A stretch of DNA of 50,473 nt from Coleofasciculus sp. B1-GNL1-01 (GCA_040220235.1 JAVJTO010000015.1), one strand, 5' to 3'. Shown: positions 1-9,342, counted from the first letter of the stretch. Notes: generated by a model not told the origin, from the sequence alone. A program made the numbers and translations.

Positions 1-152
1 TTTTCTCATGCTTTACCCCCATCATGATTACGCTAAGGAGCGCTCTAGTTGGCAATCGTGATCCGTTTTGGCATGACCACCAGCGATAATTGCACCTGTG
101 GACTATCATACTATGTGCAATCAACCGGATTCGATATTAAATGCATAAAAGC

Positions 153-716
153 TTACTCGGATAACCAGCCAAATACAGACGCCACACTTAGATTTAGTTC
201 ATTGGCAAAGGCGGGAACGGGAAGTTTCTGTTCGGGTTGATCAAACACCTCTAGTTGCTGTTGGGGAAAATAAACAAAAACCGTTTGCTCATCTGGGTCA
301 ATTAACCAACCCATTTGAGTCCCATGATTAAGACAATGTAATATATTTTTAGTTACTTTAGTCTGACTTTGGTCAGGTGACAGAATCTCGATTGTCCAGT
401 CAGGAGCAATGGGAAAGGTATTGGCAATTTCACCATTCGCGTCACGGGGAATTCTTTCCCAAGTAATTATAGATACATCAGGAACAATTGAGCGTCCACC
501 AAATGTACAACGTAACTCTGAAAAGGCTCGTGCAACCCGTCTAGGTTTAAGAATTACATTGACAGTCGTAGAAAACTCCGTTTGAATTGTACTGTGCTTA
601 CCCTGTGGCATTGGCTTCTGAATGATTTGCCCATTAATATATTCACTGGCGGGTTTGGTTTCTGGTCGTTTCAGAAATTCTTCCAGAGTTATGGATCTCG
701 ATGAAGTCTGTACCAT
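153..716 (-). CDS. Uma2 family (PD-(D/E)xK) putative endonuclease
   Basis: Typical cyanobacterial Uma2 pattern: ITLEEFL..PETKPASEYING..KPMPQGKHS..IVPDV..PDWTIEILSPDQ..GWLIDP. Confidence 0.92.
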   Translation of the reverse strand: MVQTSSRSITLEEFLKRPETKPASEYINGQIIQKPMPQGKHSTIQTEFSTTVNVILKPRRVARAFSELRCTFGGRSIVPDVSIITWERIPRDANGEIANTFPIAPDWTIEILSPDQSQTKVTKNILHCLNHGTQMGWLIDPDEQTVFVYFPQQQLEVFDQPEQKLPVPAFANELNLSVASVFGWLSE

Positions 717-856
717 GGGGACTTCCTGGCGAAAGAAAGTGAGTTATATCTACCTGAATTGTACGCGATCGCGAGTGTTTATGGTGCAGACAGCGTAACA
801 ATGCATCTAGCTTAAGGAGCCAGATATTCTGTCTAACCTCAAGAATGCGATCGCAC

Positions 857-934
857 TCATTTTCTAATGTAACCTGATGTTATATAGTGGCGGTGCAGAC
901 TCAAGACTTCGACTAGCGTCAGGTAACGTATCAT
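857..934 (-). pseudogene. N-terminal remnant of a death-on-curing (Doc/Fic) toxin
   Basis: ATG at 934, 1 nt after the upstream stop, translates MIRYLTLVEVLSLHRHYITSGYIRK*. The first ~15 aa resemble Doc N-termini, then the frame ends at 857 beside a HIP1 site. Confidence 0.6.
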
Positions 935-935
935 G

Positions 936-1133
936 TCATGCTAAACGTCGATACAGTTTAGCATTTTTATTCAATACGTAACTGGACGCTTGAACAAATT
1001 CGCTCTTGGGATAATTGAGCCAGTCTTCAATGCTTGCACGCAGTAAATCTTCAAGCGAGATTCCACTTTCCTGCGCTAGCTTTTGCAAATTATGTAGTTT
1101 CTCGTCTGGAATTTCAACAGTAATATAAGTCAC
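936..1133 (-). CDS. Small RHH/CopG-like DNA-binding protein, probable antitoxin of the Doc remnant
   Basis: ITVEIPDE..LQKLAQESGISLEDLLRASIE strand-helix-helix pattern; C-terminal YVLNKNAKLYRRLA resembles Doc-associated antitoxins; tightly coupled to the Doc remnant. Confidence 0.7.
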   Translation of the reverse strand: MTYITVEIPDEKLHNLQKLAQESGISLEDLLRASIEDWLNYPKSEFVQASSYVLNKNAKLYRRLA

Positions 1134-1303
1134 AGCTAATCCTTTCTATAGGTAAACAAATTATAGCACTTGTAGTCATCTAGTAAAAAATGTCTTGTTT
1201 GTAAGTATAAACCTTCTGGCGTCAACCCAACCTACAGCTTAGGTGTTTGTGGTACGCGATCGCGAGCGCTTATGGCGAAGACAGCATAACGACGAGCGTG
1301 CTA

Positions 1304-2539
1304 TTAATTGGAATCTTGAGACTGTCCACATTGTTTACAATACGGTAAATATTTATAAGTCATACTGTGACAATTATGACATTCAGCGTATTGATAAAAA
1401 CCACAGTGGGGACAGTAGGCATCATGGGTCGGAATTTTCTTGGCACACCGGATACAGCGTGATTTTTGAACTCGCGTCGCTGCTTGTACTTTGGGATTAA
1501 AGACAATTTTTTGGAATAATTTGATAATGCCAAACCCAATCAGAGGAATCAGTAAGATATAAGCATAACTGACTAGAAAAACGAGTCCGCCTAAAAGGGT
1601 GCTAATGAGATCAACGATAACTTGAACGATTACATCAAATTGCAAAAACTCAAATATCTTAAAAATTAATGGTATAAAAAATACCACTGATAAATGCCAG
1701 CTAATTAGGTCAATAAGTCCATATCCTTTTCGTTGAGCAAAATTGTAAACTGATAAAGAAAGGAAAATTAGCGGTAACAGGAAAAGCGATTGAAAGCTGA
1801 ATTGGATGCTGGGATACCAAAAGGATGCCTGCTGGTAGTCATTTTCAACCGACTGAAATGTCCCATCATCCTTAAGCAAGTTGATAAAAGCTAAACTTTC
1901 AGGTTTCGCTGTCAGTTGATTTTTCAGTTCAGCAATTTCCTGTTTAAGCCTAGCAATATTGCGGTTATTTTGTTCGAGTTGCTGTTTGGCTTTCTCCGCC
2001 TCGACTAGATTAATCGATTGCTCACGAGGCTGACCTGCTATTTTTTCCAATAGAGTTGAGTCATATTGCTCACGAATACGGCGATTCGTTTGTTCAAGTT
2101 CATTAATTTCTGCTTGTTTCTGATCAATAGCTGTTATAATTTGCTGATTTTCTGGATTATTGAGTTGATCTTTATAATTGCCGTACTCTAAGCAGGTTGG
2201 AGACACAGTGCCTAGATGTCCTACCGCTGCTTGTTGATAGGTTTGCTGAAAACTAGATTGATGGCTTCTTGCATATAACAATGAAGATTTAATAACCTCA
2301 TAAGCTTTGTCTTGAGTAGTTTTTGATTGGTAATTTTTCCACTCAGAATAACAGGGATAAGCCTGTGCAGGGCTAATATACCATTGGCTAATATCATTTA
2401 GTCCAGTGAAAACATTGATTAAGATAAAAATATCAATCAGGATAATGACAATCAAACTTACCTTGTTGAGGGGTTCATCATTGATTGTCCTTGATCTTCT
2501 GAAAAATAGATTCAAAGTACGCCGTATTTTGGTAAGCAT
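1304..2539 (-). CDS. Membrane protein with extracytoplasmic coiled coil and C-terminal double zinc ribbon
   Basis: 411-aa ORF: N-terminal TM segment, Q/E/K-rich coiled coil, about 3-4 TM segments, then CIRC/CPHC/CHNC/CKQC. Confidence 0.85.
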   Translation of the reverse strand: MLTKIRRTLNLFFRRSRTINDEPLNKVSLIVIILIDIFILINVFTGLNDISQWYISPAQAYPCYSEWKNYQSKTTQDKAYEVIKSSLLYARSHQSSFQQTYQQAAVGHLGTVSPTCLEYGNYKDQLNNPENQQIITAIDQKQAEINELEQTNRRIREQYDSTLLEKIAGQPREQSINLVEAEKAKQQLEQNNRNIARLKQEIAELKNQLTAKPESLAFINLLKDDGTFQSVENDYQQASFWYPSIQFSFQSLFLLPLIFLSLSVYNFAQRKGYGLIDLISWHLSVVFFIPLIFKIFEFLQFDVIVQVIVDLISTLLGGLVFLVSYAYILLIPLIGFGIIKLFQKIVFNPKVQAATRVQKSRCIRCAKKIPTHDAYCPHCGFYQYAECHNCHSMTYKYLPYCKQCGQSQDSN

Positions 2540-2645
2540 ATTATTTGTTTGAATAAAATTGAATAAGGGCGGATTTTATTGTCCAGTTATTGCCCAAGTA
2601 ATTTTAGTGGCTAAACCCATCCAGACAATTAACTCCTACAATGAA

Positions 2646-3017
2646 TTATCTCCTGCGGCGCTTGGTACTAGACAATTTTGCCGCCGTACCTCTCCAGAGA
2701 ATTAACAGAGGAATAGCAGCCAAGCCTAATGGGATGACAAGCACGAAGGATTGCAAGATAATCGCATTAATCAGTATTAATAAAGCTGGTCCTCCAAAGA
2801 TGAACCAACCAGAAATCAGTATCCACCAAGAGATTGTTCCCCCAGAGAGACTTCTAAAGGCTCGACCCCTGAGATGGATTTCTCCCATGGGGTCATATCC
2901 AGAGGGAATTCGTTCCTGATAGGGAGGTGTTTGATCCGGGGGAACTTCGATAAAGAGTTCATCTTTATTGACTTTATCATCGTCAAAAAATGGGTTCGGC
3001 TCGTTGCTGTTGCTCAT
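2646..3017 (-). CDS. Hypothetical two-TM membrane protein
   Basis: 123-aa ORF with acidic N-terminus, two hydrophobic helices and a basic tail; co-oriented with neighbours. Confidence 0.75.
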   Translation of the reverse strand: MSNSNEPNPFFDDDKVNKDELFIEVPPDQTPPYQERIPSGYDPMGEIHLRGRAFRSLSGGTISWWILISGWFIFGGPALLILINAIILQSFVLVIPLGLAAIPLLILWRGTAAKLSSTKRRRR

Positions 3018-3051
3018 TGTTGTTGACCTATCTGTATAATTCGAGGTTAAC

Positions 3052-3282
3052 TCAGTTCATTTTCAACCAACTAAATACCTGATTTACGGTTAGCGTCAGT
3101 TCAATTTCTGATAATGCAGGTAAGGACTCTTCTCCCTGGAGGAGAACAGGCTGTTGCTGGGTTAAAAAGACTAAAATTGGTTTCTGGATAATTTCTCCGT
3201 TGATATATTCCCTCGCTGGTTTAGTTTCTGGAAGTTGGAGAAACTCTGACAAGGTGATGGATTGGGTGGTTGTAGCTGTCAT
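3052..3282 (-). pseudogene. Internally deleted Uma2 family gene
   Basis: N-terminus (ITLSEFLQLPETKPAREYINGEIIQKP) joins directly to the C-terminus (ILVF..QQP..LTVNQVFSWL). About 110 aa including the catalytic motifs are missing relative to 153..716. Confidence 0.8.
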
Positions 3283-3560
3283 TGTTTCTGAATCCTGGGG
3301 TATGGAATGGGTGCTGAGTTTAGCCTAACTGATCACAGTACGCGATCGCTGTCCAATCAGCCGCCAGCCCTATCCACCTTATCCCCAGCCATACAGATAG
3401 CCACAACCATTGATAACAAAGAGATTAAACAACATGCCCTAGGGGGGATAGTTCAGCCACAACGGGAAGGGTAGGGAGGACTTGAATATTCTGGAATTAG
3501 AGCTGGCATATCTGTAAGGATGATATATATTTGTATGCCAAAAACAAGGGGCAGATATAA

Positions 3561-6068
3561 GTGATTGATATTCTGTGGCTCCTCGTCTGTTCTGGCTTGG
3601 TATTCCTGATGCAACCCGGGTTTATGTGCCTGGAGTCAGGGCTGACGCGATCAAAAAATAGTATCAATGTTGCCATTAAAAACTTAGCCGACTTGGGCAT
3701 ATCTATCGCCTTATTTTGGGCGTTCGGATATGCCTTCATGTTTGGCACCTCGGTGCTGGGGTGGATTGGTTCAAGCGATTTCTTTGTTCACGTTGAAGCT
3801 ACACCCCGGCTAGCGGCGTTCTTTTTGTTCCAAGCCATGTTTTGCAGCACCGCCACCACGATTGTCTCAGGGGCGGTGGCGGAACGGATGAAGTTTCGGG
3901 CTTACCTGATTTTAGCGGGTTTGGTGTCTGGTCTGATTTATCCCCTGTTTGGACATTGGGCATGGAACGGGATTGATTTAGACACATCGGTGGGTTGGTT
4001 AGAACGGCTAGGCTTTGTTGATTTTGCGGGGTCTACAGTGGTTCACAGTTTGGGGGGCTGGGTATCCCTCGCCAGTCTGATGATTATCGGATCACGCACC
4101 GGGCGATTTCCGGATCATCTACCGCCGCGAAAAATCCATGGCTCTAATTTACCCCTTTCGGTTTTAGGTGCCATGTTACTGTGGATTGGCTGGTTGGGGT
4201 TCAATGGGGGCAGCACATTGAGTTTAAATGAGCAAGTCCCTAGCATTATTGTGCATACCGTGCTGGCGGGTATTGCCGGAATGATGACAGCGGGAATGGT
4301 GAGTTGGTATCAGTGTCAACTTCCGGAAGTCGAATCCTTAATTAATGGTTCCTTAGCGGGATTAGTCTCGATTACCGCCTCTTGCCATGTTGTCACCTCT
4401 CCCGCATCCGTGATTATTGGGGCGATTGGGGGGATTATTGCTACCTTGATGTCGAGTTGGTTAGAACGGTGGCGGATTGATGATGCTGTCGATGCTATAC
4501 CTGTGCATCTAGGTGGAGGAATTTGGGGAACATTAGCGGTGGCGTTGTTTGGTCAACCGGAATTGGTGGATACGGGGTTGAGTCCAGTGCTACAGCTTGG
4601 TGTACAGGGAATCGGAATTTTTAGTTGTGGGATTTGGGCATTTAGCATAACTTATCTCCTATTATTCATCACCAATCGTTTTTTGCCAATGCGGGTGAGT
4701 GTTGAGGCGGAACAGATGGGTTTAAATGTGTCCGAACATCGCGCTAAAACTGAGATTTATGACCTATTTCAGGTTATGGAAGCCCAAGCCCAGACCCACG
4801 ATTTAAGCTTACGAGTTCCTGTCGAACCGTTTACCCAAGTCGGTCAAATTGCCCAGCGTTATAACCAGGTGATGGATGCCTTAGAAGATGCATTGACGCG
4901 CACCGATGCCATTGTGAAAACGGCAATGGATGCGATTATTACTTTCACCAAACCTCAACTAAAAATTGTCACCGCTAATCCCAGTGCAAAAGACATATTT
5001 GGGTATTCTATCAGCGAATTGACGGGTATGGATGTTCATCAGCTATTGGATTGGTCAACACCCGTAGCCGATGAGACGGATACGGGAATGGAACGGTTAT
5101 TAAAAGTGGGCAGACATGAAATTATTGGCTGTCGCCTTGATGGGTCTCGCTTTCCCCTAGAAGCGACGGTTGTGGAGACTAAATCGGGTCAACATTGTTT
5201 TTATACGGGTACATTTCGCGACATCTCCGAACGCAAACAAGCCCAAGCGGATTTGTTTCGGGCAAATCAGGAAATTACTAAGCTCAATGAATGTCTCAAG
5301 GCAGAAAATTTACGATTGAGTGCTGAACTTGAGATCACCCGTCGCCTGCAACAGATGCTGCTTCCTAAAGAGGCAGAATTGAATCAAATTACTGACTTAG
5401 AGATTTCTGGTTTTATGGAACCGGCGACGGAAGTGGGTGGGGATTATTATGATATTTTACAGTATCGCGATCACGTCCAAATTAGTATTGGTGATGTAAC
5501 GGGACATGGCTTAGAAAGCGGCGTATTAAGCTTAATGGTACAAACCGCCGTCCGCACCCTATTAGAAAGTAACCAAACTGACCCTAAGCAATTTTTAGAT
5601 ATCCTCAATCGCACCATTTATCAAAACATCCAGCGAATGAACTCCGACAAAAACCTCACCTTGGCTTTACTGGACTATCAAAAAGGTATCCTGAATTTGA
5701 GCGGACAACATGAAGAGATCATTGTCGTGCGGACTGGAGGTCATATTGAGCGAATTGATACCATTGATCTAGGCTTTCCCATTGGTTTAGATGCGGATAT
5801 CGCTGATTTCGTGGCACATCTTCAAGTTCAGTTAAATCCGGGAGATAGTGTTGTCCTCTACACTGACGGAATTCCAGAGGCAGAAAATGCCCAAGGGATA
5901 CAATATGGCATTGAACGATTGTGTCGGATTCTCAGTCAGAATTGGCAACAATCCGCTGCTGAAATTCGGCAAGCCGTTATTGACGACCTACGCCAGCATA
6001 TTCAAGCACAGCAACTTTATGATGATATTACCTTACTCGTAATTAAACAAAGAAAAATTTTTATATAA
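3561..6068 (+). CDS. amt: Ammonium transporter (Amt) fused to HAMP-like linker, PAS domain and SpoIIE/RsbU-type PP2C phosphatase
   Basis: Amt motifs MQPGF..LESG, FQAMF, IVSGAVAER, HWAW, DFAGSTVVH, WLGFNGGS, DDAVDAIPVH; PAS (NPSAKDIFGYS..DGSRFPLE..FRDISERK); PP2C (EVGGDYYD, IGDVTGHG, LYTDGIPE, DDITL). Confidence 0.93.
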   Translation: MIDILWLLVCSGLVFLMQPGFMCLESGLTRSKNSINVAIKNLADLGISIALFWAFGYAFMFGTSVLGWIGSSDFFVHVEATPRLAAFFLFQAMFCSTATTIVSGAVAERMKFRAYLILAGLVSGLIYPLFGHWAWNGIDLDTSVGWLERLGFVDFAGSTVVHSLGGWVSLASLMIIGSRTGRFPDHLPPRKIHGSNLPLSVLGAMLLWIGWLGFNGGSTLSLNEQVPSIIVHTVLAGIAGMMTAGMVSWYQCQLPEVESLINGSLAGLVSITASCHVVTSPASVIIGAIGGIIATLMSSWLERWRIDDAVDAIPVHLGGGIWGTLAVALFGQPELVDTGLSPVLQLGVQGIGIFSCGIWAFSITYLLLFITNRFLPMRVSVEAEQMGLNVSEHRAKTEIYDLFQVMEAQAQTHDLSLRVPVEPFTQVGQIAQRYNQVMDALEDALTRTDAIVKTAMDAIITFTKPQLKIVTANPSAKDIFGYSISELTGMDVHQLLDWSTPVADETDTGMERLLKVGRHEIIGCRLDGSRFPLEATVVETKSGQHCFYTGTFRDISERKQAQADLFRANQEITKLNECLKAENLRLSAELEITRRLQQMLLPKEAELNQITDLEISGFMEPATEVGGDYYDILQYRDHVQISIGDVTGHGLESGVLSLMVQTAVRTLLESNQTDPKQFLDILNRTIYQNIQRMNSDKNLTLALLDYQKGILNLSGQHEEIIVVRTGGHIERIDTIDLGFPIGLDADIADFVAHLQVQLNPGDSVVLYTDGIPEAENAQGIQYGIERLCRILSQNWQQSAAEIRQAVIDDLRQHIQAQQLYDDITLLVIKQRKIFI

Positions 6069-6131
6069 AGACGGGCTTCACAATTATCATTTTTCCGTAA
6101 TAAATAACAAATGAAGAATGAAGAATGACGA

Positions 6132-7997
6132 ATGACAAATAACCCATGGTTTTCACTCCGTTCCGCCCTAAATAATCGCATTTTTCCTTATTTTGCTGCC
6201 TCTTTAACGGTAGTGATTGTTCTATTCGTCGTTTGGGGTTTTGAACGCGCTGAACACCAACGGTTTTCTGAACAACAACGTTCGGATGTCCTCAATCAAC
6301 TGAGTGCAGCGAGAGCCCGCCTAGAAGCTGCACTCAATCAGCGACTGTTTCTGACGCGGGGCTTATTGGCGTATGTGTCCACGATTAACTCAGACATTAC
6401 CCAAAAGGAATTTGAGCGTCTCTCCAGCGTCCTCGTCGAAGATCAACAAGGGATTGAATTCCTAGCCCTGTATAAAGATAACATTGTTAGCCATCTCTAC
6501 CCATTAGCCGGAAATGAAGACGCCATTGGCTTTAACCCGATGACCATTCCTGAAGAACGAGACGCCATTGAGAGAGCCATTCAAAGCCGCCAAACCGTTT
6601 TTGCCGGTCCGTTGAAGTTAGAACCTAAAAAAAATTGGGGATTTATTAGTCGTACCCCGATATTTCTAACGCCCCCCGACCAACCTCCCCAAAGTGGTCG
6701 CTATTGGGGTCTAGTAGGTATTGGATTTGACCGCAATACGTTATTTCAGGAAGCCGGATTACTCAATCTTTCTAGCAAACTTCAGTATGGGATTCGGGGT
6801 AAAGATGGATTGGGTGAAACGGGAGACTTAGTGTTCGGGGATGCCAGTATTTTTCAACAAAATCCTGTCCGTTTAGAGGTAACGTTACCGAACGGATCAT
6901 GGCAATTAGCGGCAATTCCTGAAAATGGATGGGCAACAACGGCACCTATTTCCAAATGGTTGTGGATAGGGGGTGGATTATCAGCACTATTAGCTGGGGT
7001 GTTAGTGTATATCTTAGTCAGTGAGCCAGTGCGACTGCAAAAAGCGGTTCAACGAGCGACTATCGCATTGCGTCGGAGTCAAGATGCACTCCAACATGCC
7101 AATGAAGAATTAGAAACGAGAGTAGAGAAACGCACGGCTCAATTGGCTCAAGCGAATCAGGAAATTACCCTGCTCAATAGCCGTTTGAAAGAAGAAAATC
7201 TGCGCCTGAGTGCTGAAGTTGAGGTAACTCGTCGTCTGCAACAGATGATGTTACCTAAAGAGGAGGAACTGAACCAGATTGCTGATTTAGACATCGCTGG
7301 CTTTATGGAACCCGCAACTGAAGTTGGCGGCGACTATTATGATGTCCTGCAAAATAATGGTCATGTCACTATTGGTATTGGCGATGTCACGGGACATGGG
7401 TTAGAAAGTGGAGTTTTGATGATTATGGTGCAAACGGCGGTGAGAACGTTGTTGGAAGGAGCGAAAACGGATTCAAAGCAATTTTTAAGTGTCCTGAATC
7501 GGACTATTTATCATAACATCCAGCGAATGAAATCAGAGAAAAATCTCACCCTCTCCCTCCTGGACTATCACCAAGATAAACTGCGCTTGAGTGGACAACA
7601 TGAAGAAATGATTGTCGTGCGTTCTGGTGGTAGAATTGAGCGGATTGATACCATCGATTTAGGCTTTCCCGTGGGTTTAGTCGCCGATATTAGCGATTTT
7701 GTCGCCGATGCGGAAATCCAGTTAAATCCTGGAGATGTGGTGGTTCTCTACACCGATGGAATTCCCGAAGCCGAAAATCCCCAAGGCGTACAGTATGGAA
7801 TTGAGCGTCTGTGTCAGATTCTCAGTGACAACTGGCGACAGTCAGCCCGTGAAATTTGCCAAGCCGTGATTGAGGATGTGCGGCAACATATTGAGTCACA
7901 AAAGGTTTATGATGATATAACGCTGTTAGTGATTAAACCCAAACCATCGTTGCTACGCGATCGCTCCGGCGTCGCACCAATTAAACAGGATGGTTAG
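6132..7997 (+). CDS. CHASE-domain membrane sensor fused to SpoIIE/RsbU-type PP2C phosphatase
   Basis: Two TM helices flank a CHASE-like region (YPLAGNEDAIGF..AGPLKL..GFISRTPIF..YWG..LPNGSWQL); C-terminal PP2C motifs are the same as in the upstream gene. Confidence 0.9.
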   Translation: MTNNPWFSLRSALNNRIFPYFAASLTVVIVLFVVWGFERAEHQRFSEQQRSDVLNQLSAARARLEAALNQRLFLTRGLLAYVSTINSDITQKEFERLSSVLVEDQQGIEFLALYKDNIVSHLYPLAGNEDAIGFNPMTIPEERDAIERAIQSRQTVFAGPLKLEPKKNWGFISRTPIFLTPPDQPPQSGRYWGLVGIGFDRNTLFQEAGLLNLSSKLQYGIRGKDGLGETGDLVFGDASIFQQNPVRLEVTLPNGSWQLAAIPENGWATTAPISKWLWIGGGLSALLAGVLVYILVSEPVRLQKAVQRATIALRRSQDALQHANEELETRVEKRTAQLAQANQEITLLNSRLKEENLRLSAEVEVTRRLQQMMLPKEEELNQIADLDIAGFMEPATEVGGDYYDVLQNNGHVTIGIGDVTGHGLESGVLMIMVQTAVRTLLEGAKTDSKQFLSVLNRTIYHNIQRMKSEKNLTLSLLDYHQDKLRLSGQHEEMIVVRSGGRIERIDTIDLGFPVGLVADISDFVADAEIQLNPGDVVVLYTDGIPEAENPQGVQYGIERLCQILSDNWRQSAREICQAVIEDVRQHIESQKVYDDITLLVIKPKPSLLRDRSGVAPIKQDG

Positions 7998-8091
7998 GGA
8001 ATAGGGAACTGGGAAAAAGGTGACGGCTGACTTTGACAAGTTATTATTGTTTTCTTTGGCACTCCTCAAACAGACTACCGACAAACGCGAT

Positions 8092-8673
8092 ATGACTCAG
8101 ATCTTTGGAGATTTCAACGAACAGCTACCTCCCAGTGAGGAATACCTGGTTATCCAATTTTCACCCAGCTCGATTCCATTAAAGCAGCGCTGGCGGAATA
8201 ATGGGTTATCTGCCGATTTCATGGCTGACTATGTGGTAACATTTTTTCCGACCAACCAAGAGGATACGAATGCTACAGCTCAACAAGTGGAGATTAAGAG
8301 TGCTGTAAGTTACATTGCCAATGAGCTGTTAGAGAACGCGATGAAGTTTAACGATGATACCTCACCGCAACCCATTAGCATCGCCCTACACCTGTATAAC
8401 GACAGCTTAGTCTTCTTGACAAAAAACACGGTTCCTCCCCCAATTCTGGATGATTTTCAGGCGTATCTCCATAAATTAACGACATCAGACCCCCAAGAGT
8501 TGTATATTCATCAGTTAGAACAAAATGCAGCAGACGAAACCAGCACGGCTTCTCGCTTAGGATTTTTAACCATGATCAATGACTACATGGCAACCGTCGG
8601 CTGGAAGTTTGAAACCCTGGCAAAGACGCCACCTGTTACCACCGTCACCACCATGGTGCGATTGATGGTATAG
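8092..8673 (+). CDS. Slr1658-like ATP-binding regulator (anti-sigma/SiaB-like Ser/Thr kinase fold)
   Basis: HATPase N-box SYIANELLENAMKF and degenerate G-box SRLGFLTM. ATG at 8092 (MTQIFGDF) is preferred over the GTG at 8020. Confidence 0.8.
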   Translation: MTQIFGDFNEQLPPSEEYLVIQFSPSSIPLKQRWRNNGLSADFMADYVVTFFPTNQEDTNATAQQVEIKSAVSYIANELLENAMKFNDDTSPQPISIALHLYNDSLVFLTKNTVPPPILDDFQAYLHKLTTSDPQELYIHQLEQNAADETSTASRLGFLTMINDYMATVGWKFETLAKTPPVTTVTTMVRLMV

Positions 8674-8743
8674 TATTTCTTTCATCTTATATACAAAACC
8701 CTATAGTTTAGGGTTTACGGTTCATTGTGTTGAACCACTCTAT

Positions 8744-8815
8744 TAGACATCTCCGATAATCCATCTGAAACCATTGTCAAACAGTGGTTAAATCTTAATT
8801 TATAGAGAGGTCTAT
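8744..8815. repeat. Small MITE-like element with TAGACATCTC...GAGAGGTCTA ends
   Basis: Imperfect 10-bp terminal inverted repeats in intergenic DNA. Confidence 0.5.
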
Positions 8816-8877
8816 GACTAAATTTGTTTATTTAATCAGCTTTTGAGAACGCCATAATTTTGTCAAGGATTGGATAA

Positions 8878-9222
8878 ATGGAAGTTAAAAGCGACACGTA
8901 TAGGGTCTTCTATGATACAGAAAATTCAACAATTTATTGGAAAGGTTCTCTCCGGCTAAGTGGCAGCGAAGAATATGCGCCGATTATAGATTTACTGGAT
9001 CAAGCCATAGAAAGTCAGCCTTCTATCCTGACGCTTAACTTACGAGACCTACATTTTCTCAACAGTTCAGGAATTAGTATGTTGTCGAAGTTTGCGATTA
9101 AAGTTCGACAGAAAAAGACGATTAAAATGATTGTGCAAGGCTCTCAGAACATTCCTTGGCAAGGTAAATCATTAAAAAACTTACAGCGACTCATGCCAGG
9201 TTTGACGCTGGAAGTCGAGTAG
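8878..9222 (+). CDS. Slr1659-like STAS-domain anti-anti-sigma-type protein
   Basis: 114 aa; LTLNLRDLHFLNSSGISML matches the STAS phospho-acceptor motif; follows the kinase-like gene. Confidence 0.82.
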   Translation: MEVKSDTYRVFYDTENSTIYWKGSLRLSGSEEYAPIIDLLDQAIESQPSILTLNLRDLHFLNSSGISMLSKFAIKVRQKKTIKMIVQGSQNIPWQGKSLKNLQRLMPGLTLEVE

Positions 9223-9342
9223 GGGCGCAAAGCCTGCGCCCGGATTCAGGAGTATTGAGATTTTTTTCAATCTCGTAGGGTGGGTTAGGCGGGAATTGAA
9301 TTCAGGCGATAATCCTGCAATGAACTATCCGCCGTAACCCAC
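9219..9342. repeat. GTAG-type REP-like palindromes
   Basis: GTAGGGGCGCAAAGCCTGCGCCC and GTAGGGTGGGTTAGGCGG...CCGCCGTAACCCACC. Confidence 0.6.

Noticed and set aside
3300..3560. NtcA site upstream of the amt fusion
   Set aside because: No GTA-N8-TAC found by eye; the nearest match (GTAAGGATGATATA) lacks TAC
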